Positions 1 through 15,600 of a DNA stretch of 64,000 bases are shown piece after piece. The stretch covers positions 104,780,001 to 104,844,000 of the forward strand of contig OZ024740.1 of the NCBI GenBank assembly GCA_964016885.1, given 5' to 3'. A program made the position numbers and the translations under genes. Each line of letters opens with the position of its first letter. Within the stretch, counting starts at the first letter, position 1. The notes beneath the pieces were generated by a model that did no database searches, was not told the DNA's origin, and worked only from the letters and a program-made list of their open reading frames with translations. Source of the stretch: Eledone cirrhosa (Eukaryota).

Positions 1-2084
1 ATAACAATTTAGAGTGATTTAGTAAGATGGCTAATTTTGTTGCTAGTAAGCTGGTTTTGGAACATAGAATATTCTGAGATAGAATTATGATGAGTAGTCT
101 TAATATAAATGTATTTTAAATGGGTGGTATTATATCATGAAACTTGGAGCAGTGTTGGGTGTGTTGGTATCAAAAGGGTTAAATGAAATTTTATCTTATT
201 TTTAGCATCAACCAGCCATATAGGTGTTCCCTTCTTAGTTCATATTACTACAGGGTATATAGGGCTGGTACTAGTGGGAGACATTGCAGTTTTGTGAGAA
301 CAGGAAAGAGTACTGCAGTGTCATTTAGTTGGCCTTTGATGACAGGAAATAGATTTTTGATTGACGAATGGAAGCTAAAAGCAAACTTAATTCTTTTCCA
401 AATTATAAGGTGTGGCTGCAGGGTTAAGAAGTTCATCTCACAACTATGTGGCATTTGGTTCAATTTCTCTGTGCAGCAACTTGGACACATGTCTTTTATA
501 GTATCAGACTGAATAAATCCTTGACAGTCAATTCTATAGATGAAAACTGTAAGGAAGCTAATGTGTGTACACACATGTATTGAAACAGTTCTATATGAGT
601 AAGACACAGTTACCTGACCCAACTGGCCTCAAATGGGACAACCCATCTAACCCATGCTAGCGTGGAAAATGGACGTTAAACGATGATGATGATACACACA
701 CACACACACATGATGTATATATGCTCGTATGCATTTATCTATGTGATAATGTTTAAAGTGAGTAGTGACATTTGTTTATGTCCCACCACAGCTTACAGTT
801 CAACAGTGGTTGGTGGTAAAAACCAAGCTTAAAAATAATATATGGACTGTCATCAGGAAGGGTGTCCAAACATAGAAACTCTGCCTCAAAAACATCTCGT
901 CCAACCTATGCCAACATAGAAAAGTAGATGTAAAAAGGATGAATCAAACTGGAATTGTATGAAGCCTTCTCAAAGCACTGGACAGGTAAAAGGTTTAGCT
1001 TATTAGGAATGTCATGAGGGCAGATAACCCAGAAAATATTGTTGGTCACTAGAAAAATCCCTAGAAAAAAGTTAAGTGGAAGACCTATAAAAAGACTGGA
1101 TTGATAACATAATGGAAATGGCAAGACTAATAAGAGCTGCAGAAAATTAAAATGAATGGAAAAGAATTGCCATTCAGGCAACCAGTCTTTGAGAAATGGC
1201 ATTTGTAAATGATGTTGACAACTCATGTTTATCATTCTTACCTTTATTAGCTTGTCCAACAGACAAACATTAGTTTAAACCAAAGGTTCTCAACCCATTT
1301 CGGCCAAACGCCCCCTTTTGCCCCTCGAAATCACGAAACGCCCCCTATTTTTCCATTTTTCAATATAACACTGATTTTGATATCAGTAGATTACTGGGCC
1401 AAATCAAGTTATGTTAGAATCTTTAAAAAATACTCGTACGAATTAAATATAAAAAAGTTTCAGTCCAAAAAGCAAGCTATTTCAAATTATATATTTTTGA
1501 AAAATAGACGTGAATGTTATCAAAGATTTGATCTCAGTCGAAAAAACTTTTTTTTTTAAATTCTATATTTCACTATTAGCTGTTGTAATATTTTGAGTGG
1601 ATAGACAATTCTACAATTCAAACTGTAAACTCAAAATACAAAAGATGCAAAATATGAAGAATTTCTTACCTTTCTCTTGAATCACAAACTCAAGGGAAAA
1701 ATAGTACCTTGCAAAATAAAGTGCCTCGATCACAAACTTAGTTGCAACGAATGAATTGAGATGCTTAGTGACAGTGAGCAAACAATATCTGTATCCCTTA
1801 TATCTATATACATAGATAAATACACACACATACACGCACACACTAACACACAAGCAAACGTGTGTGTGTTTGTGTGTGCCTTGTTTTTGGTACAGAAAGA
1901 ATTTTTTTTTTCCAGTTTTTATTGCCGAGTCAAAGGCCACTGCTCTTTTCAACAATGCCATATATTTAAAAGAGATGTGTGTTTGGTACACGTCTATCTA
2001 TCTATCTCTCCAAAAGGGGGCTCAAACATGCGGCCCGCGAACTACTTTTCAATGGCTCGTGGTAGATCCAACATTTCAGATTCC

Positions 2085-2300
2085 ATTATAGCTGGTAGAA
2101 TCGTTAGCACATCTGGCGAAATTCTTAGTGGTACTTCTTCCGTTTTTACGTTCCAAGTTCAAATTCCGCCGGTCTCAACTTTGCCTTTCATCCTTTTGGG
2201 GTCGATAAATTAAGTACTAGTTGTGAACTGGGATCGATGTAATCGACGGGACCCTAAACCCTAAATTTTATGCCTTGTGCCTATAGTAGAAATGATTATA
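2085..2300 (+). mobile_element. SINE family B copy
   Basis: Contains gttcaaattccgcc...aactttgcctttcatccttttggggtcgataaattaagtac...gccttgtgcctatagtagaa, shared with many copies across the window. Confidence 0.75.
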
Positions 2301-2402
2301 ACTGGTGAAAATCATCACCCACCACCACGTTTGGCCCTATACCTCTATTCCAGGACGTATTGGCCCTTTTATGTCCTTGAGTTTGAGACCTCTCTTCTAC
2401 AT

Positions 2403-2464
<62 letters not shown>

Positions 2465-2949
2465 TTGACTTTTTTTCTGTCTCTGGACTACGCCCATGCT
2501 GGAGCATCACCTTGGTAAGTTATGGGAACGTCAACAAACCAACAAGCATTGGTGGGAAGGCAAACACAAACTCAAAGACACACAGACATATATACATATA
2601 TACGATGCGCTTCTTTTAGTTTCGGTCTATCAAATCCACTCACAGGGCTTTGGTTGGCCCGGGTAGTGGGACTGAACTCGGAAACATGTGGTTGGGAAGC
2701 AAACTTCTTGTCACATTGCACATATATATATGTGTGTGTGTGTGTGTGTTATCAAGTTAACAATGAAAATAAAAAGAACAAAGTCAAGTTACTTTATAAC
2801 TTTGTTTTTATTTTGTTGTTTTTATTTTTATTGTTAATTTAATACCTAATATCTGACTCTGTATCTAAAGAATTAATTCAGCGAAACAACTTCTCTATAG
2901 ATTTTACAAGATTACATTGAGTCCTATCTACAGCACCCTACCACCAGAG

Positions 2950-4015
2950 GTAAACCAGCTGAAAGCTATGTCTCTGTAGGTGGTGCAAGTTTATGCACCA
3001 AACAAGGAGTCCGGATACAGGTCCTTCCTCAATGAAGTCACCACAGCGTTAGCTGCAGTTAAGACTGAGCCGTATATGTTGATGGGAGATTTCAGTGCAC
3101 ATGTTGACCACCTGACATGGAAAGGAGTGATTGGAAGGAATGGCAACCCCGATCTAAATACGGATGGAGAGGACTTATTAGACTTCTCTTCTAGCAATGG
3201 ACTCTCTATTATGAACACCTTCCAGCACAGAGACATCCATAAATATACATAGTATAAGAGGAATCAGAGACAGATCAATAATTGATTTTGTTATTGTCTC
3301 GGTTCTATACTGGATGTTCATGTTAAGAGAGGGCTGAACTGTCATCTGATCACCATCTAGTTATCTGTGACTTGAGACTACCTAAAGCCAAAGAAGCCCA
3401 CAAAACTATCAGGTCCAGGTGGCCTACAGGATAAAGTGAGAAGCATTGGTGGATAAGGAAGTCAGGAACAGGTATGCAGATACTATTGCATCCAAATTCA
3501 GAGAACTCACTGAGCAAATTGAGGATGTTGAGACAGAGTAGAGCTGGTTCAGCTCAGCATTTTCTGTTTTAGCTGTTAAATGCTGCAAGGAAAAGAGGCT
3601 TGGTGTAGCACCAAATGGCAGGAGGATCCCTTGGTTCAATCAAGATGTCAAAGATGCCATGCAAGAAGGAAGCCTACAAAGCTTGGCGTGGAAATAAGTC
3701 CTCCTTCTTGCACTTGCAGTACACGCAGGCACGAAAAATTGCAGTAAAAGTGTCCAAAGTTAAGACATGGGAGGACTTTGAGGTTAAGCTATTATCCAAC
3801 TTCAGATCAGCTAATAAAGTGTTCTAGCAGACCATCCGCCGACTTTGTAATAAGAAGCCCTCATCCAACCTGCTATCAAGAACGTGTCTGTGGTTCTCCT
3901 CTCTTCAGAGAGGTGCATCCTCGTGAAGTGGAGAGAATACTTTACTAATTTCCTAAACCCGATCACAACAGCATCTTCTGATGTACACAAGCTGCATCTG
4001 GGAGCAGTGACTAAT
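2950..4015 (+). mobile_element. Decayed RTE-clade LINE fragment (Rex3/Expander-like), APE endonuclease and linker
   Basis: Motifs QVYAPN, GDFSAHV, WKGVIGRNGNPDLN, GLSIMNTF, IDFVIV and SDHHLV; many stops and frameshifts. Confidence 0.8.
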
Positions 4016-6977
4016 ATTAACATTATTGTTTTTGCTTCAATGTTTCTATGTTAGCTTGGGTTAGACAGTACAATTTGAGGCTATGTTTTACAACCATTTC
4101 TGACATTAACCCTTTCAATAATTTCTTACAACATGCAGAGATATAGTACGCCTATTCTAAACCAAATACTTTATATCTGTGTCTCTCTCTTCTATGTCTC
4201 TCTAAATAGATAACAGGAGATAAATGCTATCTGTAAGATAGCAGGTTTGCATTAGAATGTATATATATATATATATATTAAGAGAGTGAGAGAGACACAT
4301 TGTCCCTACATGACCAATCAACTTAAATCCATCAGATGTTACAACAACCCACAACGCGCCTACAACACCACACTAAACATAACATGTGCACTGACCTTCC
4401 TCTGCAGACAGAACAATAAAAAAAAACAAAAAAACAAAACACGCCGTATCATTAATAATGGTTTCTGATTTAGACACAAGGCCAGCAATTTTGAGGGAAG
4501 GGAAATTCAATTAAAATCAACTCCAGTGCGTTACTGCTACTTCATTTTATCGACCTTTTAAGGATGAAAGATAAAGTTAACCTTGGCAGGATTTGAACTC
4601 AGAATGTAAAGGGCCATAACTCTATGCAGTAAAGCATATGAAGATGAATCATTGTAATTTAGGGTCCAACTTGGTTCATTTGATCTGACTCTGACACTAC
4701 CAGAATATGTAGTCATTCAACTCACTAGAAAGATTAGCCAAATTTTCCCTGTATCACACTCTACTGTCCTGAAAAAAGAAGTTCCAGATATACTAGAATA
4801 TACTGAATATACTTGACTGAAAGTTGGTATGTTTATAACTGAAATGTCTTTGATCCTGGAAATAATAGCCAAATCTCCATCAAATTATATCAGTTCCCTT
4901 GAAAAAGTAGGCACACATTTGACAATGTAGTCCTAGATATGCAATGCCTAAAAAATGGGGTGGTCATGGCTATAGTGGCTTTATTCATAGGTCTGCTCAA
5001 ATTAGACCTAATGTGAGGCTAAACTGCAAGCAAATTATATTCTCACACACACACACAAACATTTGCATATTGTTGAGAGACTCATCAGACCTTGATTTTA
5101 TTGGTGTTAAGCAACTGAGAGTATAAGCCCCATTTACCTCCTCTTAACAAGACTCATGCCTGCTGCTGGTTATCATTTTCAGCTGAATGTACTAAAGGAA
5201 TGTGAAATGAAGTGCCATACTCAAAGGCCACAACATGCCACTCAGTCTGGGAAGCAACACCCTAAATACTTGACCATGTGCCTTCATTTGTTGATGTAGT
5301 TGCTAATAATAGTTTGTTGGTTTTCTACTGTAAATCACTCAACTTTTCTTTTCTGTAATTTGGAGGAGGAGGAGGATCAGAACTCCCTGTAGCCATAATT
5401 TTCCCTGACTGGTGAGGCTGGTGTAGTTGGTGATCAGCTTGAACATTTGTAGCTCAATGTTTGCAGGAAAGACACCAGGCAAGAGAAAAAATTCCAGGTT
5501 TATAGTTTGTGGAAGGATTGGGAAAAGTGCTTAGTGGTGTATCTCTAGTATGGAACTCGGTAAAGAGAAGAGAATGAGTAGTAGCTGAGTCATGTGGACC
5601 TGGGTATATAAATACATACATGTTTATGTATAATGTACAATAGAAAAGAACTTTCAATACAGCATATAGAGTTTATAGGATTCATTTCATTGTTGCGCCA
5701 AATTTTCAGAAATGTGAATTACACACGTATTTGGTCAACACTCTTGTAAATGGAGATAATTGAGGATGTTTCTGTAGAGTACTTATAAGACAAAGTCACA
5801 GCAAGTCATGTGGTCAAAACTATTGCAAGCAAGGAGTAAACTAGCCAGACTCCTGTAATATAAGGGAGGTTACCCAATCCAAATCTATAATATATAATCA
5901 TCAAGGGAAGCTACTCAGTATAGCTTTTAGGGTCCAAGTGTCTAAGAATTTGCTGCTTTGAAATTTTCCAGGAAAACATTTTCTGATAATGACATTTAGA
6001 TAATACTTTGGAGTTCCTGTTGACAGATATTACTGGTTGCTTCAATATCTGAAACTTCTCAATGAGACATATAGTCTGCAGTTTTGTGAATCTTTTAAAA
6101 TATGGGGTAGCTTGTGCTTCATGTTGATATTTCCAGTAAATTGAGAAATTTTCCTTGTTTCTTGATCTAAATGAGTGAAAATGTTAATGGAATCAGCCTT
6201 TCAAATTGTTTGATGTAACCCCTATTTGGGTGCTTCCTGGAGGTGTTAAAAATGACCAATATCAAACTCTTAAAAGACAGAATATCCTGAAGTGAAAAGG
6301 AAGATGGCTGTTGAGGTGGAGATTGTTTGTCGTTGATTGAATTGTGTAATCAGAGAAGCGATGTCAATGTAAGAGTAGTGTACTTTAACATTGGGTATTG
6401 AAAAGCTTATTGTATTTGTGTGTCAGTGGGAAATGTTGCTTTGCTACAGTTAGAAAATTACTGGCTATGTTGATGGCAATTTCCAAGTGAAGTGGTGGGT
6501 TGAACGAGGTTACCTTTTTATAGTATTTCTCAACTGTTTAGCTTCTCACTAAAACCACTTTTAGTTAGTGCATCATTATAATAGTGTGGGCCTGTTATAG
6601 ATATATCTGTCTGAGGAATGATTGGAGACATTCCTATTTATAACATTTGCCATGTGCCTAATTATGATTGGGGAGCTGATTGAAGTTTTTCTGGAAGTTC
6701 ATAGTATCCTCATTCGACAAATGTTACATCTAGATGTTGTTTTAGATTGTACTATATGATCTAGGAAGCATTGTTATCCATGCAAGAATAGCTCTGTCTG
6801 TCTATTTCCATCTCCACTTAACTAACTGTCCCCTATTTCTTTATCCTTGTATATACACACACGCGTGTGTGTATGTATGTATGTATATATATATATATAT
6901 ATATGTATGTATATATATATATATATATATGTATGTATATATATATATATGTATGTATGTATATATATATATATATG

Positions 6978-7260
6978 TTGGTGCTACTGGTAACATGTAT
7001 TCCAGTACAACCTGTCCCATGGTCGGGTCGTTGACGACTAAACTGGCAACCCCACCAAGGTTTCTTGGTGAGGAGGGTGACTTTGGACATCCTGCAGGAC
7101 TAAAAACAAAACCTGTCAAAAGGCAAAGGAGCTCTTAAGAGTCAATGGCCATCCAAAATCACCGGGAGAGATGACCCCTTAGCCTTTGTCAAGGCAGAAT
7201 TCTAGGAGAAGGAAAACTCTGATATAACACCTGCAACCCTGATGGTATCCAATGATGTTG
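6978..7260 (+). mobile_element. RTE-like 5' UTR fragment, also present at 46721-46910
   Basis: About 190 bp are similar to 46730-46910. The ctaggagaaggaaaactctga segment resembles the RTE 5' region near 46970. Confidence 0.55.
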
Positions 7261-7585
7261 ACTTGTTCTTCTTTTTGGTAAATATCATCTTGGTTAAGAG
7301 AGTGGGACTGGCTTTGTGCAGTGCCTTTGCTCACTATAAAAGCTTCACGGCACAGGCATTGCTTTATATCTGGAGATCTCTCTGCATTTGTCGTCACATG
7401 GTACCATGGGCCCAGCACTATGTGTCAATAATTGTCACAAGTGTAGTGTTTGTACCAGAGCTTTCAAGTCGCTGGCTGGACTAAAAAGTCACACTCGTTC
7501 AGCGCATCAGTAGGGGTTCTCCTACATGGATATAAAGTAGTGGCCGTACTCGAAAACGAGTTGGCAGCCACCATATATATGTATG

Positions 7586-7636
<51 letters not shown>

Positions 7637-7945
7637 GCGTGTGTGTATGTATGTATATATGTATATATATATATGTATATATATTGTGTGTGTATGGACA
7701 CATACATGTGCTCATATACACGTGTGGGAGAGGATGAGTATGTAGGAATGTCTACTCTAAATATGTATGTGGTTATAGTGTGTGTGTGGGGGGCACATAC
7801 ATGTGATCATATACACGCGAGGTAGGGGATGAGTATGTAGGAATGTCTACTCTAAATATGTGTGTGGTTATAGTGTGTGTGTGTGGTCAGACATGTTAAT
7901 TAATTATATGCATAGTATTCATGGTCTATACTGGAATGTCTCTTA

Positions 7946-7978
<33 letters not shown>

Positions 7979-8116
7979 GCGTTAAATGATGATGTTATAT
8001 TATGTCTATATATATATTTTGTCTTTTTCCATTTCTCTATGGAAAACTATTCTTAATCATATATATATATATATATATATCATGATCATTGTTTAACGTC
8101 TATCTTCCACGCTAGC

Positions 8117-8209
<93 letters not shown>

Positions 8210-8299
8210 ATATGGATATATGTGTATGTGTATATATATCATCATCATTATCGTTTTTATGTTCATTTTCCCATGCTCACATGGATTGGGTGGGGAAAT

Positions 8300-9440
8300 G
8301 TGGGGGTAGTCTATCTTCCTCCCACTCAATCTCTACATTCATCAGTCTCTCATAGTAACATTTCCAGGCCTCTTTCTTTTCAGCATCAGCGGTGCTAAGT
8401 GCACCAGTGTCATTTTTATTACACTTTTTTCCAACAACATCTCAATGTGGAACACTTCACATCTGTGATCCTCACTTTGCGAGACATTAGAAAACTTTCT
8501 TTCTTCAGCCTCTCTCCAAGCTATGCATACCTGTCATCTAGCTTCTCTCTTAGCTACCTGGTACTGGTCTCAGCTGCTCCCATTTTCCCAGTATTTCTAT
8601 GCCTGTCTCTTGGCTTTAATAGCTCTATCCACTGTGCTGTTCCACCACCAGGTCACTCTTTGTTTGGCTGGTGCTTTGCTCCAGCCACAAGTCTCATCAG
8701 TAGTTCACAAAAAGTTGTCACGTAAGAATTTTTAATTGTCCTCTATGTCATATAAATAGAGCTCATCTCTTCTTTCATCAAATGTATCCTGTACACCTAT
8801 ATTTAACAGAAACGCCTTTTAGCTTCCAAACCCTCTATCTCTATATTTTCCTGCATATCTTGTTTCATTTTATGTTTATCTTGATGTTACTAACAACTGA
8901 CATGCATTGAGCAGCACATTCTTCCCCAGGAAAGGCCTTAGCATTTATTACAGTCCATCTATCTTGTCTTACAAATAAGAAATCAATCTGGCTTGTGTTT
9001 TTGCCTGAAATTTGTGTTGCAAATGGTTCATTTACATCAGAGAATTCCAGGAACGTCACTCCTTCAATTCTTGAGCAATAACCATAGCTATCGTGAACTC
9101 CAGTGAATCTATCCTAGTACTGTCTAACATGTCCATTGAAGTCACTTGCAAATTTCCTCATAGAACTGGTCCTTTTGTTTTTTACTCAGTCCAGCTCATG
9201 GTGCATAGGTAGATGTAATTGTCACCATTCTATCTCCTACAACTATTCTAAGCTTGATGATTCTATCACTTATTCTATCCATTTCTCAGCTAGTAGAATG
9301 TCTACACCACCTACTCCATTGTCATTCCCTCCCAGAAAAGTTTGTGTCTATGTAGTATGCCTGTGAGTAGTCTCACTGAAGCCCCCCCCCCCCCCCCCCC
9401 ACATCTCACCTCTTGTACACATCATACATCCACTTCTCTC
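8300..9440 (-). mobile_element. Decayed RTE LINE endonuclease fragment
   Basis: Minus strand gives HKLFWEGNDNGVGGVDILLAEKW, SDFNGHV and SQIDFLFVRQ...AFPGEEC, homologous to the 56195-57490 RTE. Confidence 0.7.
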
Positions 9441-10536
9441 CTCCCTTACAGTGCATGTGTATGCTTGTTGGGTGTATGAAAGTGGTGTGTATGTGTTGGA
9501 TATATGAGAGTAATGTATGTGTGCTTATTGGATGTATGGAAGTGATGTGTGTGTGTGTGTGTGTGTATGTTTGATGTATGAAAGTAGTTTGTGTGTTTGT
9601 TGGATGTATGAAAGTGATGTGTGTGTTGGATATATGTAAGTGATGTGTGTGTTTGGTAGTGGACCCCTTCTAGTCTGTTACTAAGTTGAAGCAGGATCAT
9701 AAGAGAAAGACTAATACACATAGTTTGTATGACAACTTTTATCACACCACACATATTTGTATAATTTATTCATGTGTCAATTAGTGCTGATTGGTGCAGT
9801 CATCAGGGAATGTTGGAACATTTTGGCTCATTAGAAAAACAAAACAAAAAAAAAAAAAAGCAAACAACAAAACTGCCTGCTTGTCTGTTCTGTGGAGAAA
9901 CTAGTGCATGGCAATAAGATAATGAATTTGTGTTTTTGCAACATGTTTATTTTATGTTGGGAGAAATGTCAGTGTAAGTTGTCTTGAATTTCAGACGAGG
10001 AATTGCTCTAATAATGTAACTTGTTGCATGGAAATTGACTTTTAATGGTAAGAAGTCATGAATATATTTTAGATAAAATCTCATCTTCAGACAGTGTGAA
10101 TTTAGTTGTTATTGAAGGGATGTTTTGTTTGGAGGCACAACTGTTTTTCTGTCTGACAATCAGTGTTTCAGTTGTTGGAACTATGGTACAGCTTAGTTGA
10201 GAAATTGCTGTGTACGTGGCTGAGCATTGCACAGACATGTGAATCTTTTAATGTAATTCTTAGGGAGATTCAGTGTGACTAGGCTAGCTCTTTGAATTAC
10301 AGACACAACACACTGTTGATGCTGGGAATGCAACCTATGACCTTACAATCATGAGTTGAACAGCTTTCCCACTATGGCCCAATTACTACCCAAAGATTAA
10401 GGGATATTAGATAAATGTAAACATAGAGTGTGTGTATATATGTGTGTGTATATGTGTGTGTGTGTATGTGTGTGTATATATGTGTGTGTGTGTGTGTGTG
10501 AATATATGTGTATATATGTGTGTGTGTGTGTGTATA

Positions 10537-11833
10537 CAGGGTGTGGACGATATTTGTTCGCAATTTTCAACTGCTAATTTTATGTAAATTTTTTTACTTC
10601 CGTTGTCACTCTTGTCTTCATAAAAACAGTGACTATATTTCCATTATTTATTTTCAGAATAATTGATTATGAATAATTTTGAACCTCCAAATTTGTGGAA
10701 GAGACATGGAGTTCTTCTTGGAATCCTCCGCGCCGGGAGGACAAGTAAGGAAATTTCAGACTTTCTCAGCGTCAGCAGGAGAATGGTGGAAAAGGTCAGA
10801 AAGGAATTGGAAGATTCAGGATTCGACTACGAAGCAACATCAGAGAGGAAAACACATGATCGACAATCTGACGCCTATAGAACGCCCGAGTTTGTCGCTG
10901 AAGTTCAGGATATCATCAACAATGAACCTAGCAAGTCGATGCGTGCCATTGCAAGGGAGAAAGGCGTGGATGAAAAGCACATTAGGCTGATGGTACATGA
11001 AGACATTCACTACGTTTCATACAAGATGAGGAAAGGACAATTTCTGTCAAAGGCGATGCAAGAAAAGCGACTGAAGCACGCAAAGAAGCTGATCAACAAG
11101 TTGAAACACCCACTGGAGCCAGACATGCTGTGGTTTTTCTCCGACGAGAAAAACTTCTGCCAAGACCAGAAGATCAACTCCAAGAACACCAGGTGGCTCG
11201 CTGTCTCATCCAAAGACGTGCCCAGAGTCATGCAGACAAAGTTTCCAGCGACAACATTGGTCTTAGGTGTCGTCAGCAGTCAAGGTGACGTCATGCCACC
11301 TCACTTCTTCCCTGAGGGCCTCAAGCTGAACACCGATGGCTACATCCGCGTTCTGAGCAAGATAGTAAAGCCCTGGATCGACCAGGTAGCTGAAGGTAGG
11401 CTGTACGTGTGGCGCCCTGCCATACCAGCCGAAAGACCCAAGCCTGGCTGTCAGAGAACTCCGTCGACCACACTTCACCTGACATCTGGCCTCCCAGCTC
11501 GCCTGACTGCAACCCCCTCGACTTCTTTGTGTGGGGCGCAGTGGAACGAGACACCAACAGCTCTAGCTGCAATACAAAAGACGATCTGAAGGCCAGGATC
11601 AGAAGTGCCTTTAGGGGCCTAAGTCGGGGGACAGTGACGAAGGCCTGTAGCCGGTTCCGAGGCCGCCTTGAGGCCGTCATCAAAGCCAATGGCGGGTTTA
11701 TCGAGTGAGATATAAAGAACAAGTCATGAAGACAAACTGACCCAAGTTCGATAAATATATCTTAAAAAAATAAAACTACTGTGTTATTTTTTCCTAGACA
11801 ATAATATTGCGAACAAATATCGTTCGCACCCTG
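10537..11833 (+). mobile_element. Tc1/mariner DD37D (maT) transposon, copy 1 (full length, frameshifted)
   Basis: TIRs CAGGGTGTGGACGATATTTGTTCGCAA / TTGCGAACAAATATCGTTCGCACCCTG; left TA flank. Transposase 10663-11708 has FSDEK and WPPSSPDCNPLD. A 13-bp deletion removes QQDS and shifts the frame. Confidence 0.95.
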
Positions 11834-12615
11834 TGTGTGTGTGTATATATTCTGTTTTTATATTTCTTTTGCAAATTTCTTACCTGAAAATGTGTGTGTT
11901 GAAATAGATATTGTTATACTTTGGGAGGGCCATGCTGCCAATAAAAACACATGCACCTGTTGGTTTTCACTTCAGTTTATTATAAACTTCCAGTTGGTTA
12001 GTTTAATAATCAATTGGTTGTTTATTGTCAAAGCTCTTTTGTCATACATTCTGTGACCTCCTCAGTGACTGATTTGTTATTTTGTGTCTCTCCTTTGTTC
12101 TGTCCTATGCAATCTTGTTTGTGCATAAACCCACTCCTATTGCTTTGTAAATAAGTTACTAATAAGTAGTACTAATAAAATAAAGGGAGTGCATTAAGAA
12201 TTGTAAATTATGTTAACAATGGCCTTTCAAATTATACAAATATACACAAGTATGTCTCTGCTGTGTTTTGTATTGAAGTAAAACAGTTTTCTATCTGAAG
12301 AACACTACAGATGTGGTAAGAAGTGATAAGATCAGCTCACAGGATACTAGGCCTGATTGATGAGTTGATACAGGATTACAATGAATAGTGATAAGCTGTA
12401 CAACAGATCAATCTAAACCATATCACTATATACAAATGCTGATAAAACTGCCATGATCAAGAGAGAGAGAGTGAAAGGTCTATGAAGTTTCCATATTGTT
12501 TGTTCAGTTGTAAATAATTTGTTTATTTTACATTGAGAGAGCTTGTGTGATTTTATGTATGTAGTCATTAATGGCAATAATGTGAAGGCTTTAATTATAT
12601 GCTTTTCTTCTGCAG

Positions 12616-12676
12616 GGTTCTGGGGAGTTGGTATAGAAACTGCTGTGTTTCACCATGCAATTGCCATATATTTCAT
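12616..12676 (+). CDS. TMEM72: TMEM72-like internal exon (61 nt), [19 protein letters not shown]
   Basis: Acceptor ttttcttctgcag and donor gtaagt; phase 1 in, phase 2 out. Confidence 0.82.
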
Positions 12677-15600
12677 GTAAGTATTAATTGTTAACTCTAC
12701 TTTCACTTTCATTTCACCCTTTTCCTATCATATTTCTAACAAAGTAACCTCTACACTGCTAATGTGTTTCAATTAATTTTGAAAATAATGAAAAAATGTT
12801 GGAGGAATTTTGTAAACTAATTTTTTCTTTATCAGTCTGATGTTTGGATTTAGCTTATCAAAAATTTTTTACATAAAAAATTATGATGAAAGTTTTTAAT
12901 GTGAATATGAACACTTTAAAACAGGCAATTTTGTATCATACATAGAACTAGGAGCAGCTTCATGTGGTTTGATTTCAAAGGGATCAAGGGTTATGTTTTC
13001 CAGTTTATTACTTGACCTATAATTAGGAGTATTTCTCTAAATTCTTTGATTAATTCCTATTTCATTGCCATATTCTTAATAAAAGACACTGCATAAGTTC
13101 AAGTCATTTAAAAAATATTCAAGAATTTAGAGATATTCAGTAATATAACTAACCTTCTCATTTGAAATGTAATTTAACGAATGTTTTTAGATAAATATGT
13201 ATGCATGGTCCCATTATTCCTGAGGGAGTCGTAGGGGTGCCGTATTGACATTTTTAGGGCATTTTTTTAAAACCTGGCAGAGCCTATCTCCTCTCCAGGT
13301 CTGAATACAGTACATTTCTTCGAGAGAAGGATAGAGAGAGAGTGTGTGAGAGAATGGAAGTGAGAAAGAGATATAGAGGAAGAATCGACCTCAGTACTAG
13401 ACTGGTACTTTTTTTATCGACCTCGAATGAAAGGCAAAGTTGACCTTGGCAGGATTTGAATGCAGAGAGCCAGAACGAGTACCACAAAGCATTCTATCCA
13501 ACATTCTAAAGACACATTCAATTTGCTGCCTATAGATAAATATAATACTTTAAAATAAACAGTTTTGTATCATAGAACCAGGGGTGGTTCCAGGTGGTTT
13601 GTTATCAAAAGAATTAAGAACAGGGACAATTTTTGCATTCCTCCCAACTTAAAATTTCTTTTCTTTCAGTCTTGCTTCATTCCTATTTAAGAGAGGTGAG
13701 GTTCAATCTTTTGCTTTACATGTTTTTAAGGGAGTTTGTTACTTCACCTATATTTAAGGGATTTCTTCACTCCTATTGTAGATAGTAGGGTGATAGGATA
13801 GAGGTTAAACAAATATTTGTGTCAATCAATGAATTGTTTATACAGTGGAACCTTGGTTCATGAACTTAATTTGTTCTCAAAGACCGTTTGTCACCTGAAA
13901 TGTTCATAAATTGAAACTATTTTTACCATACGTAATGTTGAGAGAGAAATACTGTGAGAGAGAGAGAGACTGTGTGTGAAAGACAGATGTATATCACCTT
14001 GGTAACTAACTACATAGCAAGTGACGTTTTCCTGCTGATACTCCAAGCTTGTTGCCAACCATTGTTGCTGGCGTGTGTGTTGGTTACTTGGGACACTATT
14101 TGTCAACCAATTTGTTTGTGATGCAAAGCATTAGTGAACCAACGTTCCACGGTATTCATTTATCTCATACATGTATTAGACTGACTGTGTCTAATCCCAT
14201 GTTTATCCATCGGCAAGTAATTATTTCTATCAACTTCTAGGGAGTATATATCTTAGCTCTATCATACACACAGATTTCATTTCAGCACAGCAAGTCAAAA
14301 AGCACTCATCAGGTATATAGTGCTCCCACTGCTTACATCAATGATCTCTACTGCTTTACTGTAACTATTAAGGCTAACTAGATTGTACCCTTTACATTAT
14401 ACAAGAAACCAATGGAGAAGCCTCTGTAGTCACTCAACTTGTTGGAAATAGCAGCCAAATCTCCCTTATATACCTTAAAAAAGGTAAAAACACATTGACT
14501 AATGTAGTTCTAAATACAGTGTTTCTAAAAAATAAATGAGGGGTATGTAACTGGAATGCCTTTGATCATAGGCCGCCTGCTCAATTATGGTTGAACCAAC
14601 TAAACAATAACAGTCACCTTTTTATATCTAGGTACTTCAACGGGGTATCTCTTTGCAGCCAGGTGGACTGTACCTGGTTACAGCCAGGTGGACTGTACCT
14701 GGTTACAGCCAGGTGGACTGTACCTGGTTACAGCCAGATGGACTGTACCTTGTTACAGCCAGGTGGACTGTACCTAGTTACAGCCAGATGGACTGTACCT
14801 GTTTACAGCCAGAAGGACTGTACCTGGTTACAGCCAGATGGACTGTACCTTGTTACAACCAGGTGGACTGTACCTAGTTACAGCCAGATGGACTGTACCT
14901 GGTTACAGCCAGATGGACTGTACCTTGTTACAGCCAGGTGGACTGTACCTAGTTACAGCCAGATGGACTGTACCTGGTTACAGCCAGATGGACTGTATCT
15001 TGTTACAGCCAGATGGACTGTACTTAGTTACAGCCAGGTGGACTGTACCTTGTTACAGCCAAGTGGACTGTACCTTGTTACAGCCAAGTGGACTGTACCT
15101 TGTTACAGCCAGGTGGACTGTACCTCATTACAGCCAAGTGGACTGTACCTTGTTACAGCCAGGTGGACTGTACCTCGTTACAGCCAGGTGGACTGTACCT
15201 TGTTACAGCCAGGTGGACTGTACTTCGTTACAGCCAGGTGGACTGTACCTTGTTACAGCCAGGTGGACTGTACCTTGTTACAGCCAGGTGGACTGTACCT
15301 TGTTACAGCCAAGTGGACTGTACCTTGTTACAGCCAGGTGGACTGTACCTCATTACAGCCAGGTGGACTGTACCTCATTACAGCCAGGTGGACTGTACCT
15401 TGTTACAGCCAGGTGGACTGTATCTTGTTACAGCCAGGTGGACTACCTCATTACAGCCAGGTGGACTGTACTTCATTACAGCCAGGTGGACTGTACCTCA
15501 TTACAGCCAGGTGGACTGTACCTCATTACAGCCAGGTGGACTGTACCTCGTTACAGCCAGGTGAACTGTACCTCGTTACAGCCAGGTGGACTGTACCTCA

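Noticed and set aside
183-622. Overlapping 109-aa and 124-aa ORFs with scattered Cys residues
   Set aside because: No recognisable domain and no splice-consistent link to the TMEM72-like gene.
5330-6830. Possible ancient LINE remnant
   Set aside because: No motif was clear enough to assign.
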